A stretch of DNA of 64,000 nt, taken from Mobula hypostoma (taxonomy: Eukaryota). The position numbers and the translations under genes were made by a program. The stretch lies in the NCBI RefSeq assembly GCF_963921235.1, contig NC_086109.1:36582001-36646000 (forward strand), given 5' to 3'. The notes below the pieces were generated by a model, which did no database searches, was not told the origin of the DNA, and saw nothing but the letters and a program-made list of their open reading frames with translations. How positions within the stretch are numbered: position 1 is the stretch's first letter; the number at the start of each line of letters is the position of its first letter. Positions 23,366 through 34,454 of this stretch are shown here, piece after piece.

Positions 23366-24279
23366 TTCAAAGTTCAAACTAAATTATTATCCAAGTACAT
23401 ATATGTCATCATATATAACTCTGCAATGCATTTTCTTACAGGCATACTCAATACATTCATAAGAGAAGAAGCATAATAGAATCAATGAAAGACTGTACCA
23501 AATTGGATGTACAACCAGTGTACGAAACACAACAAATAATGTAAATACAAAAAAATAAGAATAATAAGTAAATAAGCAATAAATATTGAAAACATGAGAT
23601 GAAGAGTCTTTGAAAGTGAATCCAGAGGCTGTGGGAACATTTCAATGCTGGGGCAATTAAAGTTGCTGTAAGTTATCCACTTTGGTTTGAGAGCCTGATG
23701 GTTGAGGGGTAATAACTGTTCCTGAACCTGGTGGTGTGAATCCCAAGGTTCCTGTACCTTCTACCTGATGGCAACAGTAAGAAGACAGCATGTCCTGAAT
23801 GGTGAGGGGTACTTAACAATGGATGCTGCTTTCCTCTGACAGCACTTTGTGTAGATGTGCTCAAAGGTGGAGAGGGTTTACCCATGATTCTCTAGGCAAT
23901 ATTCACTACTTTTTGAAGAATTTTCCATTCAAGAACATTGGTTTTTCCGTACCAGGCAGTGATATAGCCAATCAATAACTCTCCACCTCACATCTTGAGA
24001 AGTTTGTCAATGTTTTAGATGTCATGCCAAATCTTTGCAAAATTCAAAGGAAGTCGAAGTGCTGCTATGTTTTCTTTGTAATTCCACTTACGTGCTAGGG
24101 CCAAGACAGGACCTCTGAAATAATAACACCTAAGAATTTAAAGATGCTGACCCTCTCCAACCTCTGATCCTCAGTGAGGACTGGCTCGTAGATCTCTGGT
24201 TTCCTTCTCCTGGTCTATAATCTGCTCCCTGGTCTTGCTGATGTTGAGTAAGAGGTTGTTGTTGTGGCACCACTGAGGT
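23366..24279 (-). mobile_element. Rex1/Babar LINE 3' fragment
   Basis: ORF 23673-23885 (LLPSGRRYR...TTRFRNSYYPSTIRL) and WCHNNNLLLNISKTRE. Confidence 0.85.
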
Positions 24280-24575
24280 AACATGGAACATAGAAGAGTA
24301 CCACACAGGAACAGGTCATTCGGCCCACAATGTTGTGCTGAACCAGCTAAAAAGCAAATCCAAACCACCCAAACACTAATCCCTCCTGCCTATACCATGT
24401 CTGTATCTCTCCATCTTCCTTATGTCCATGAGCTTATGTGCCAAGATATGATCTAACCAGAGTTTTATAAAGTTGCAGCATAACCTCCTGACTTTTAAAC
24501 TCAATGGCTTGACTAATAAAAGCAAGCATTCCATAAGCCTTCTTAACCACCTTATCAACCTTGTAATCACTTCCA
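24280..24575 (-). mobile_element. CR1 3' fragment with internal deletion
   Basis: CR1-type tail plus an RT C-terminal remnant. Confidence 0.65.
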
Positions 24576-25200
24576 TAGAATTTAATTGAATTAATTTGAC
24601 TTTATTACTTACATCCTTCATATACAAGAGGAGTAAAAATCTTTACATTACATCTCCATCTATATATGTGCAATATGCAATTTATAGTAATATATCATAA
24701 ATAGTATGTACAACAGGATAGTCAATATAACATAGAAATACAGTTGTATCAGCATGAATTAAGCAGTCTCTGATCGCCAGGTGGAAGAAGCGGTCCCGGA
24801 GCCTATTGGTCCTGGGTTTTATGCTGCGGTATCATTTCCCGGATGGTAACAGCTGGAACAGTTTGTGATTGGAGTAACTCAAATCCCCAATAATTCTTCA
24901 GGCTCTTTTTATACACCTTTCTTTGTAAATGTCCTGAATTGTGGGAAGTTCGTATCTACAGATGCGCTGGGCTGTCTGCACCACTCTGTGCAGAGTCCTG
25001 CGATTGAGGGAAGTACAGTTCCCATACCAGGCAGTGTTGAAGCCGGTCAGGATGCTCTCAGTTGTGCACCTGCAGAAATTTCTTAGGATTTGGGGGCCTA
25101 AACCAAACATTTTCAACTGTCTGAGGTGAAAGAGGCAGTGTTGTGCCATTTTCACCACACAACCAGTGTGTACAGACCACATGAGATACTCAGCGATGTT
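24576..25200 (-). mobile_element. Rex1/Babar LINE 3' fragment
   Basis: AQHCLFHLRQLK...TESILTG..TAWYGNC in ORF 24898-25266. Confidence 0.85.
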
Positions 25201-25262
25201 TATAGAACATAGAACAGTACAGCACAGTACAGGCCCTTCGGCCCACAATGTTGTGCTGACCC

Positions 25263-27404
25263 TCAAACCCTGCCTCCCATATAAGCCCCCACCTTAGATT
25301 CCTCCATATTCCTGTCTAGTTGTCTCTTAAACTTCACTAGTGTATCTGCCTCCACCACTGACTCAGGCAGTGCATTCCACGCACCAACCACCCTCTGAGT
25401 AAAAAACCTTCCTCTAATATCTTCCTTGAACTTCCCACTCCTTACCTCAAAGCCATGTCCTTTTGTACTGAGCAGTGGTGCCCTGGGGAAGAGGCGCTGC
25501 CTATCCACTCTATCTATTCCTCTTATTATCTTGTACACTTCTATCATGTCTCCTCTCATCCTCCTTCTCTCCAAAGAGTAAAGCCCTAGCTCCCTTAATC
25601 TCTGATCATAATGCATACTTTCTAAACCAGGCAGCATCCTGGTAAATCTCCTCTGTACCCTTTCCAATGCTTCCACATCCTTCCTATAGTGAGGTGACCA
25701 GAACTGGATACAATACTCCAAGTGTGGCCTAACAAGAGTTTTATAGAGCTGCATCATTACATCGCGACTCTTAAACTCTATCTCTCGACTTATGAAACCT
25801 AACACCCCATAAGCTTTCTTAACTACCCTATCCACCTGTGAGGCAACTTTCAGGGATCTGTGGACATGTACCCCGAGATCCCTCTGCTCCTCCACACTAC
25901 CAAGTACCCTGCCATTTACTTTGTACTCTGCCTTGGAGTTTGTCCTTCCAAAGTTTACCACCTCACACTTCTCCGGGTTGAACTCCATCTGCCATTTCTC
26001 AGCCCACTTCTGCATCCTATCAATATCTCTCTGCAATCTTTGACAATCCTCTACACTATCTACAACACCACCAACCTTTGTGTCGTCTGCAAACTTGCCA
26101 ACCCAACCTTCTACCCCCACATCCAGGTTGTTAATAAAAATCACGAAAAGTAGAGGTCCCAGAACAGATCCTTGTGGGACACCACTAGTCACAATCCTCC
26201 AATCTGAATGTACTCCCTCCACCATGACCCTCTGCCTTCTGCAGGCAAGCCAATTCTGAATCCACCTGGCCAAACTTCCCTGGATCCCATGCCTTCTAAC
26301 TTTCTGAATAAGCCTACCGTGTGGAACCTTGTCAAATGCCTTACTAAAATCCATATAGCTCACATCCACTGCACTACCCTCATCTCTATGCCTGGTCACC
26401 TCCTCAAAGAACTCTATCAGGCTTGTTAGACACGATCTGCCCTTCACAAAGCCATGCTGACTGTTCCTGATCAGACCATGATTCTCTAAATGCCTATAGA
26501 TCCTATCTCTAAGAATCTTTTCCAACAGCTTTCCCACCACAGACATAAGGCTCACTGGTCTATAATTACCCGGACTATCCCTACTACCTTTTTTGAACAA
26601 GGGAACAATATTCGCCTCCCTCCAATCCTCCGGTACCATTCCCGTGGACAACGAGGACATAAAGATCCTCGCCAGAGGCTCAGCAATCTCTTCTCTCGCC
26701 TCGTGGAGCAGCTGGGGGAATATTCCGTCAGGCCCCGGGGACTTATCTGTCCTAATGTATTTTAACAACTCCAACACCTTCTCTCCTTTAATATCAGCAT
26801 GCTCCAGAACATCAACCTCACTCATATTGTCCTCATCATCATCAAGTTCCCTCTCCTTGGTGAATACCGAAGAGAAGTATTCATTGAGGACCTCGCTCTC
26901 TTCCACAGCCTCCAGGCACATCTTCCCACCTTTATCTCTAATCGGTCCTACCTTCACTCCTGTCATCCTTTTTTTCTTCACATAATTGAAGAATGCCTTG
27001 GGGTTTTCCTTTACCCTACTCGCCAGGGCCTTCTCATGCCCCCTTCTTGCTCTTCTCAGCCCCTTCTTAAGCTCCTTTCTTGCTTCCCTATATTCCTCAA
27101 TAGACCCATCTGATCCTTGCTTCCTAAACCTCATGTATGCTGTCTTCTTCCTCCTGACTAGATTTTCCACCTCACTTGTCACCCATGGTTCCTTCACCCT
27201 ACCATTCTTTATCTTCCTCACCGGGACAAATTTATCCCTTACATCCCGCAAGAGATCTCTGAGCATCGACCACATGTCCAAAGTACATTTCCCTGCAAAA
27301 ACATCATCCCAATTCACACCCGCAAGTTCTAGCTTTATAGCCTCATAATTTGCCTTTCCCCAATTAAAAATTTTCCTGTCCTCTTTGATTCTATCGTTTT
27401 CCAT
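25263..27404 (-). CDS. CR1 ORF2 reverse transcriptase portion, 713 aa, open
   Basis: KSPGPDGI, NYRPVSL, QHGFVKGRSC, DFSKAFDKV, GVPQGSVLGP, FADDTK. Confidence 0.95.
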   Translation of the reverse strand: MENDRIKEDRKIFNWGKANYEAIKLELAGVNWDDVFAGKCTLDMWSMLRDLLRDVRDKFVPVRKIKNGRVKEPWVTSEVENLVRRKKTAYMRFRKQGSDGSIEEYREARKELKKGLRRARRGHEKALASRVKENPKAFFNYVKKKRMTGVKVGPIRDKGGKMCLEAVEESEVLNEYFSSVFTKERELDDDEDNMSEVDVLEHADIKGEKVLELLKYIRTDKSPGPDGIFPQLLHEAREEIAEPLARIFMSSLSTGMVPEDWREANIVPLFKKGSRDSPGNYRPVSLMSVVGKLLEKILRDRIYRHLENHGLIRNSQHGFVKGRSCLTSLIEFFEEVTRHRDEGSAVDVSYMDFSKAFDKVPHGRLIQKVRRHGIQGSLARWIQNWLACRRQRVMVEGVHSDWRIVTSGVPQGSVLGPLLFVIFINNLDVGVEGWVGKFADDTKVGGVVDSVEDCQRLQRDIDRMQKWAEKWQMEFNPEKCEVVNFGRTNSKAEYKVNGRVLGSVEEQRDLGVHVHRSLKVASQVDRVVKKAYGVLGFISREIEFKSRDVMMQLYKTLVRPHLEYCIQFWSPHYRKDVEALERVQRRFTRMLPGLESMHYDQRLRELGLYSLERRRMRGDMIEVYKIIRGIDRVDRQRLFPRAPLLSTKGHGFEVRSGKFKEDIRGRFFTQRVVGAWNALPESVVEADTLVKFKRQLDRNMEESKVGAYMGGRV

Positions 27405-27409
27405 GATAA

Positions 27410-27870
27410 TTATAAAGACCAGGGAGCGGTGTCACTGTCCCCCAGATGCTCCCCCACTGAGAGATCTGTGACCTGACCCGGTTCGTTACCAAGTACTAGA
27501 TCTAGTATGGTATTCCCCCTGGTTGGCCTGTCCACATACTGTGACAGGAATCCATCCTGGACACACTTAACAAATTCTGCCCCATCTAAACCCTTGCTAC
27601 CAGGGGGCCTATAGAATACCCCCAGTAGAGTAACTGCTCCCTTCCTGTTCCTGACTTCCACCCATATTGACTCAAAAAAGGATCCTGCTACATTACCCAC
27701 CCTTTCTGTAGCTGTAATAGTGTCCCTGACCAGTAATGCCAACCCTCCTCCTCTTTTTCCACCCTCTCTATCCCTTTTAAAGCACTGAAACCCAGGAATA
27801 TTGAGAATCCATTCCTGCCCTGGTGCCAGCCAAATCTCTGTAATGGCCACTACATCATAATTCCATGTAT
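27410..27870 (-). pseudogene. CR1 ORF2 APE endonuclease remnant (internal deletion plus frameshift)
   Basis: VVAITEIWL, RDR..GKRGGG, FYRPP, PTRG..ILDLVL and GDSD are present. The GDFN segment is absent and the frame is lost after GDSD. Confidence 0.85.
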
Positions 27871-30090
27871 AGAAACATAGAAACATAGAAAATAGGTGCA
27901 GGAGTAGGCCATTCGGCCCTTCGAGCCTGCACCGCCATTTATTATGATCATGGCTGATCATCCAACTCAGAACCCAGCCCCAGCCTTCCCTCCATACCCA
28001 CTGACCCCTGTAGCCACAAGGGTCATATCTAACTCCCTCTTAAACATAGCCAATGAACTGGCCTCAACAGTTTGCTGTGGCAGAGAATTCCACAGATTCA
28101 CCACTCTCTGTGTGAAGAAGTTTTTCCTAATCTCGGTCCTAAAAGGCTTCCCCTCTATCCTCAAACTGTGACCCCTCGTTCTGGACTTCCCCAACATCGG
28201 GAACAATCTTCCTGCATCTAGCCTGTCCAATCCCTTTAGGATCTTATACGTTTCAATCAGATCCCCCCTCAATCTTCTAAATTCCAACGAGTACAAGCCC
28301 AGTTCATCCAGCCTTTCTTCATATGAAAGTCCTGCCATCCCAGGAATCAATCTGGTGAACCTTCTTTGTACTCCCTCTATGGCAAAGATGTCTTTCCTCA
28401 GATTAGGGGACCAAAACTGCACACAATATTCCAGGTGTGGTCTCACCAAGGCCTTGTACAACTGCAGTAGTACCTCCCTGCTCCTGTACTCGAATCCTCT
28501 CGCTATAAATGCCAGCATACCATTCGCCTTTTTCACCGCCTGCTGTACCTGCATGCCCACTTTCAATGACTGGTGTATAATGACACCCAGGTCTCGTTGC
28601 ACCTCCCCTTTTCCTAATCGGCCACCATTCAGATAATAATCTGTTTTCCTATTTTTGCCACCAAAATGGATAACTTCACATTTATCCACATTAAATTGCA
28701 TCTGCCATGAGTTTGCCCACTCACCCAACCTATCCAAGTCACCCTGCATCCTCTTAGCATCCTCCTCACTGCTAACACTGCCACCCAGCTTCGTGTCATC
28801 CGCAAACTTGGAGATGCTGCATTTAATTCCCTCATCCAAGTCATTAATATATATTGTAAACAACTGGGGTCCCAGCACTGAGCCTTGTGGTACCCCACTA
28901 GTCACCGCCTGCCATTCTGAAAAGGTCCCGTTTATTCCCACTCTTTGCTTCCTGTCTGCTAACCAATTCTCCACCCACACCAATACCTTACCCCCAATAC
29001 CATGTGCTTTAAGTTTGCACACTAATCTCCTGCGTGGGACCTTGTCAAAAGCCTTTTGAAAATCCAAATATACCACATCCACTGGTTCTCCCCTATCCAC
29101 TCCACTAGTTACATCCTCAAAAAATTCTATGAGATTCGTCAGACATGATTTTCCTTTCACAAATCCATGCTGACTTTGTCCGATCATTTCACAGCTTTCC
29201 AAATGTGCTGTTATCACATCCTTGATAACTGACTCCAGCAGTTTCCCCACCACCGACGTTAGGCTAACCGGTCTATAATTCCCCGGTTTCTCTCTCCCTC
29301 CTTTTTTAAAAAGTGGGGTTACATTAGCCACCCTCCAATCCTCAGGAACTAGTCCAGAATCTAACGAGTTTTGAAAAATTATCACTAATGCATCCACTAT
29401 TTCTTGGGCTACTTCCTTAAGCACTCTAGGATGCAGACCATCTGGCCCTGGGGATTTATCTGCCTTCAATCCCTTCAATTTACCTAACACCACTTCCCTA
29501 CCAACATGTATTTCACTCAGTTCCTCCATCTCACTGGACCCTCTGTCCCTTACTATTTCTGGAAGATTATTTATGTCCTCCTTAGTGAAGACAGAACCAA
29601 AGTAATTATTCAATTGGTCTGCCATGTCCTTGCTCCCCATAATCAATTCACCTGTTTCTGTCTGCAGGGGACCTACATTTGTCTTTACCAGTCTTTTCCT
29701 TTTTACATATCTATAAAAGCTTTTACAGTCCGTTTTTATGTTCTCTGCCAGTTTTCTCTCATAATCTTTTTTCCCCTTCCTAATTAAGCCCTTTGTCCTC
29801 CTCTGCTGAACTCTGAATTTCTCCCAGTCCTCAGGTGAGCCACTTTCTCTGGCTAATTTGTATGCTACTTCTTTGGAATTGATACTATCCCTAATTTCTC
29901 TTGTCAGCCACGGGTGCACTACCTTCCTTGATTTATTCTTTTGCCAAACTGGGATGAACAATTGTTGTAGTTCATCCATGCAACCTTTAAATGTTTGCCA
30001 TTGCTATCCACCGTCAATCCTTTAAGTGTCATTTGCCAGTCTATCTTAGCTAATTCACGTCTCATACCTTCAAAGTTACCCCTCTTTAAG
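27871..30090 (-). mobile_element. 5'-truncated young CR1 (family B) nested in CR1 A
   Basis: Has its own (AGAAACAT)n tail at 27871 and a complete RT ORF. The host ORF rejoins across it as AWIHTWNYDVVAITE. Confidence 0.95.
27967..29979 (-). CDS. CR1 ORF2 reverse transcriptase, 670 aa, open
   Basis: All RT motifs are intact (YLDFQKAFDKV, GVPQGSVLGP, FADDTKLGG). Confidence 0.95.
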   Translation of the reverse strand: MDELQQLFIPVWQKNKSRKVVHPWLTREIRDSINSKEVAYKLARESGSPEDWEKFRVQQRRTKGLIRKGKKDYERKLAENIKTDCKSFYRYVKRKRLVKTNVGPLQTETGELIMGSKDMADQLNNYFGSVFTKEDINNLPEIVRDRGSSEMEELSEIHVGREVVLGKLKGLKADKSPGPDGLHPRVLKEVAQEIVDALVIIFQNSLDSGLVPEDWRVANVTPLFKKGGREKPGNYRPVSLTSVVGKLLESVIKDVITAHLESCEMIGQSQHGFVKGKSCLTNLIEFFEDVTSGVDRGEPVDVVYLDFQKAFDKVPRRRLVCKLKAHGIGGKVLVWVENWLADRKQRVGINGTFSEWQAVTSGVPQGSVLGPQLFTIYINDLDEGIKCSISKFADDTKLGGSVSSEEDAKRMQGDLDRLGEWANSWQMQFNVDKCEVIHFGGKNRKTDYYLNGGRLGKGEVQRDLGVIIHQSLKVGMQVQQAVKKANGMLAFIARGFEYRSREVLLQLYKALVRPHLEYCVQFWSPNLRKDIFAIEGVQRRFTRLIPGMAGLSYEERLDELGLYSLEFRRLRGDLIETYKILKGLDRLDAGRLFPMLGKSRTRGHSLRIEGKPFRTEIRKNFFTQRVVNLWNSLPQQTVEASSLAMFKRELDMTLVATGVSGYGGKAGAGF

Positions 30091-30444
30091 TATGTATCCA
30101 AGCTCTCAGTTCATCACCTTTGTTCCTGATGCTTCTTGCATTGAGGTACACACATTTCAGGCCTTCTACCTTACTGTCTTTACACCATTTAGTCTGCTTC
30201 TCTTTCCTCAAAGCCTCTCTGTATGTTAGATCTGGCTTTACTCCATGCACTTCTTTCACTGCTCTATCGCTCTGGGTCCCATCCCCTTCGCAAATTAGTT
30301 TAAACCCTCCCGAACCATGCTAGCAAACCTACCTGCAAGGATATTGCTCCCCCTCGAGTTCAGGTGCAACCCATCCAATCTGTACAGGTCCCACCTTCCC
30401 CAGAAGAGATCCCAATGATCTAAAAATCTAAAACCCTGCTCCCT

Positions 30445-31236
30445 TCACCATCTCCTCAGCCACGCATTCAACTGCCATCTCCTCCAATTCTTACCATCTC
30501 TGTCACGTAGCTCTAGCAGCAATCCTGAGAACGTCACCCTTGAGGTCCTGTTCTTCAGCCTTCTGCCTAATTCCCGAAACTCACACTTCAGGACCTCATC
30601 CCTCTTCCTGCCTATGTCGTTGATCCCAACACGTATCACAACTTCTGGTTGCTTTCCCTCTCGTACCAGAATGTCGTGCACCCGGTCAGAGACATCCCGG
30701 ACCCTGGCACCTGGGAGGCAACAAACCATGCGGGTGTCCTTCTCTCGTCCACAAAATCTCCTGTCTGCTCCCCTGACTATAGAGTCTCCAATGACAACAG
30801 CTCCCCTCTTCTCCATCCCACCCTTCTGCACCACAGGGTCAGACTCAGTGCCGGAGGCCCTGCCACCGTGGCTCACACCTGGTCGGTTGTCCCCGCCAAC
30901 AGTATCCAGGATGGTAAACTTAATATTCAGGAGAATGGTGATAGGGGTGCTCTGCACTACCTGTCTGCTCACCTTCGCTTTCCCCCCTCTGACTGTCACC
31001 CAACGACCTGCTTCCGACAGCCTAGGTGTGACTACCTCCCTGTAGCTCTCATCTATGACTGCCTCATTCTCCCTTACGAGTCGAAGGTCATCCAGCTGCT
31101 GCTCCAGATTCCTTACACGGTCTTCCAGATCGCCCAGCCGTATGCACTTCTGACAGATGTGACTCTGCAGGGGAGGGGCGTTCCCCCAAGACTGCCACAT
31201 TTCACATGAGAGGCACATCACCATCTCAGGAGACAT
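30445..31236 (-). CDS. CR1 ORF1p (zinc finger, coiled coil, SGNH esterase-like), with a probable premature stop
   Basis: C..C..W...HIC.KC, then a coiled coil, VIGDSIVRG, CCLPGARV and GINDIG. ATG at 31236. Homology appears to continue past the stop to about 30297. Confidence 0.85.
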   Translation of the reverse strand: MSPEMVMCLSCEMWQSWGNAPPLQSHICQKCIRLGDLEDRVRNLEQQLDDLRLVRENEAVIDESYREVVTPRLSEAGRWVTVRGGKAKVSRQVVQSTPITILLNIKFTILDTVGGDNRPGVSHGGRASGTESDPVVQKGGMEKRGAVVIGDSIVRGADRRFCGREKDTRMVCCLPGARVRDVSDRVHDILVREGKQPEVVIRVGINDIGRKRDEVLKCEFRELGRRLKNRTSRVTFSGLLLELRDRDGKNWRRWQLNAWLRRW

Positions 31237-31345
31237 TGTAAAAACTAACTGCGAGCTAGCTTGTCCTCCGCCTCTTCTCATCGAAGCCTCTCAAGTCAAA
31301 GCCTCAAAGCTCCTTTCCTTCACTGGCCCACTCACGCTCTGGCCG

Positions 31346-31680
31346 CTTTATGCCAGGGAACTTAATGTTGTTGACACTCTGAACCCTAGATCCTTTGAAG
31401 TCAATGGGGGTTGGCCTGTCTCCATTCCTCCTGTCGTCCACAACAAGCTCCTTTGTTTTCGCGATATTGAGGGAGAGGTTGTTTTCTTGACACCACTGTG
31501 TCAAGGTGATGACTCCTTTGTAGGGTGCCTCATTATTAATTGAGATTAGGCCAATCAGTGTAGTATCATCAACAAATTTAATTAGCGGATTGGAGCTGTG
31601 GGTGGCAACACAATCATGGGTATATGGAGAGTAAAGGAGAGGGTTTAGGACACAGTCCTGAGGGGTACCTGTGTTGAGGA
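31346..31680 (-). mobile_element. Rex1/Babar RT fragment
   Basis: NTGTPQDCVLNPLLYS...IKFVDDTTLIG...WCQENNLSLNIAKTKEL. Confidence 0.8.
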
Positions 31681-32660
31681 ACTTGGATCCCAAGATCTCT
31701 CTACTGAGCAACACTGTTAAAGGCCTTGCCTTCAGCAGTGTACTGTCTCCTTGTGTTTGCCCTACCAAGGTGCAACACCTGAGCTTTATCTTGGTTAAAC
31801 TCCATTTACCATTTTCAGCCCATATGTGCAACTGATCTATATTGTGTTGTATTCTTTGCCAGTCTCCTACACTATCCACAACTCCGACAATCTTGGTATC
31901 ATCCGTAAACTTACTAACCCACCCATCTATATTTTCATACAGGTCATTTATATACATTACGAACAGCAAATATCCCAACACAGATCCCTGAAGAACTCCA
32001 CTAATTACTGACCTCCAGTTTGAATAAGTTCCTTTAATCACCACCCTCTGGTCTTCTAAGTGCAAGCCAGTTTGGAATCCAGACAGTCAATTCGCCACAG
32101 ATCCCACACACCTTAATCTTTTGGATTAGCCTGCCATGAAGGACTTCATCGAACACCTTACTAAAATCCATGTAGACAACATCCACCACCCTACCCCTAT
32201 CAACTTCTCTCATCACCTTGCCAAAAAACTCAATCAAGTTGGCAAGGAAGAACTGCCCTGCACAAAGCCATGCTGGCTCTCCCTAATTAGGCCATGGGTT
32301 GGGTTTCCAAATGCTCATGTATCCTATCCCTAAGAATTTTCTTCAGCAATTTCCCTACAACTGATTTAAGACGCACCAATCTATAGTTCCCAGGATTTTC
32401 CCTTGTTCCCTTCTTAAATAGAAGTACAGCATTAGCCACTCGCTAGTCCTCCGGGACCTCGCCTATGGCTAAAGAGAACACAAAGATACTGGTCAAGGCA
32501 CCAGCAATCTTGTCTCTTGCCCCTTTTAATAACATGAAGTAAATCCCATTAGGCCCTGGGGACTTATTCACCTTAATACTCATCTGGAGAACCAACACTT
32601 CCTCATCCTTGACCTCTAAATTCCCTAGCATATTATATAGTCAGCACTGATCTCCTAGTC
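31681..32660 (-). mobile_element. Older CR1 RT fragment
   Basis: KSPGPNGI, YMDFSKVFD, GVLQGSVLG and FTDDTK, with frameshifts. Confidence 0.85.
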
Positions 32661-33560
32661 TATCCAATCGGGCTTGACGTTAGATCTCCATATTAGTTTA
32701 CCTGTAGGGTTCTCCAACAACTCTCTGATATTGAATTTGATTTTCCAATTTAGATGATATACTCAACGAGAGTGTGGGGGTTTCTCCTTATGTGACTGTT
32801 AAGGTTATAAGCATGTACGCATAGATAACTGTGAGCACAGGACAGTTTCTCAGCAGCATGTTCTCTAACTGCTGCTGCCTATGCCCAGTGAGAGGCCCAA
32901 AGAAGCCTGACTTCTAGATATTGTTAAAATATTTTAATAGAGTTTCTACAGTTAGATTTTTTTAAGCGCTACTGCAATAAAAAGTCCTCACTTCATGAAC
33001 CAGCACAAAATAAATCTTCACTACAGCACAATAATTTTGGAAAGAAGTGAATCCATTTTGTCAGTGGAAGTTTTCAGGATGTAGAGGCTGAGGAGAGAAT
33101 ATTAACTAGAGACATAAAACTTAGGAAATTAATAGGTCACATGGCCACCTCTACCCCACAAATTATCATGACTAAATTTCCAGGTAAAAATAAAATCAAA
33201 TAGAATGAGGTTCAAGCAAGAAGGTTGAGCCTAGGGCCCACCCGCGCTCCCATGGGGATATAATTTTGTGGAAATATCTCTAAAGCCAATACGATCAAAT
33301 GGTGGTGATTTATAAAAAATCAGTTTTTAAATTTTTACTGTATCCATAAATGCATTCTTCAGTCTTTACAAAGAATAGAAGCAAGGTTCCACTGCCTTCT
33401 CTATCAGTGAGGGCAGACAGCTGATTATTATGTAACTTAAAATTAAATTTACGTGCATATGAGGTGCAAGTAGAAAAGTGAATTGTCCAACAGACTGACC
33501 TGCACAGCCACATCTTTAGAGCTGTAGATTCTGGGTTTGGGTACAACCCTCAATAATGGG

Positions 33561-34045
33561 ATAGAGAACATAGAAAACATAGAAAATAGGTGCAGGAGTA
33601 GGCCATTCGGCCCTTCGAGCCTGCACCGCCATTTATTATGATCATGGCTGATCATCCAACTCAGAACCCTGCACCAGCCTTCCCTCCATACCCCCTGATC
33701 CCCGTAGCCACAAGGGCCATATCTAACTCCCTCTTAAATATAGCCAATGAACTGGCCTCAACTGTTTCCTGTGGCAGAGAATTCCACAGATTCACCACTC
33801 TCTGTGTGAAGAAGTTTTTCCTAATCTCGGTCCCAAAAGGCTTCCCCTTTATCCTCAAACTGTGACCCCTTGTTCTGGACTTCCCCAACATCGGGAACAA
33901 TCTTCCTGCATCTAGCCTGTCCAATCTCTTTAGGATTTTATACGTTTCAATCAGATCCCCCCTCAATCTTCTAAATTCCAATGAGTACAAGCCCAGTTCA
34001 TCCAGTCTTTCTTCATATGAAAGTCCTGCCATCCCAGGAATCAAT
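33561..34045 (-). mobile_element. CR1 3' fragment (family B)
   Basis: ORF 33661-34044 is nearly identical to 1488-1889 and to the end of 27967-29979. Confidence 0.95.
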
Positions 34046-34454
34046 CAATAAAGCCATTGTGCAAACCATGTAACACCTTGTGTTAAGAGTCAATGATAAA
34101 AGTTTAGTCTCTGAAAGGAAATTAAAAATTCATTAGTGTGTCCTATTACATTGCTTTCCTTTTGCAGTTTTCATATCCTGCAAGCTTGACTGATGAGTCT
34201 AGTTCAGGTTCATTAAATTCAGCAAAACGAAGGTACAATAAAATAATGCAGTTTTTTGTATCATTAGCATATTATTAATCGTATTTCAATTTCTTTCCAT
34301 ATAAACAGTCATTGTTTTATTATGAAAACATCACAAATCCTATTAGAATAACATGTATGCGTGATTCAATAACTGATTTGTCTGAATTGGATTTAAATAA
34401 AAATGGGTTTAGAAGTGAAAGGAGGAGCTTTATTTAAAAACTACTTAAACATTT

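Larger units (their letters stand above)
25201..31345 (-). mobile_element. Near full-length CR1 LINE (family A), split by a nested CR1 at 27871-30090
   Basis: 5' UTR, ORF1 (30445-31236), ORF2 start (CVYLNARSIRNKGDELRAW near 30100-30155), endonuclease remnant (27410-27870), RT ORF (25263-27404) and tail at about 25201-25230. Confidence 0.95.

Noticed and set aside
27865..30097. 6-bp TSD ATGTAT around the nested CR1
   Set aside because: Restoring the host reading frame needs CATGTATGTATCC, so only about 3 nt are duplicated.
25860..31209. Many plus-strand ORFs of 70-190 aa
   Set aside because: They are antisense shadows of the CR1 ORFs.
31304..32065. 253-aa ORF with two RT-like DD motifs as a novel double RT
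   Set aside because: It is a chance in-frame junction of a CR1 fragment and a Rex/Babar fragment.
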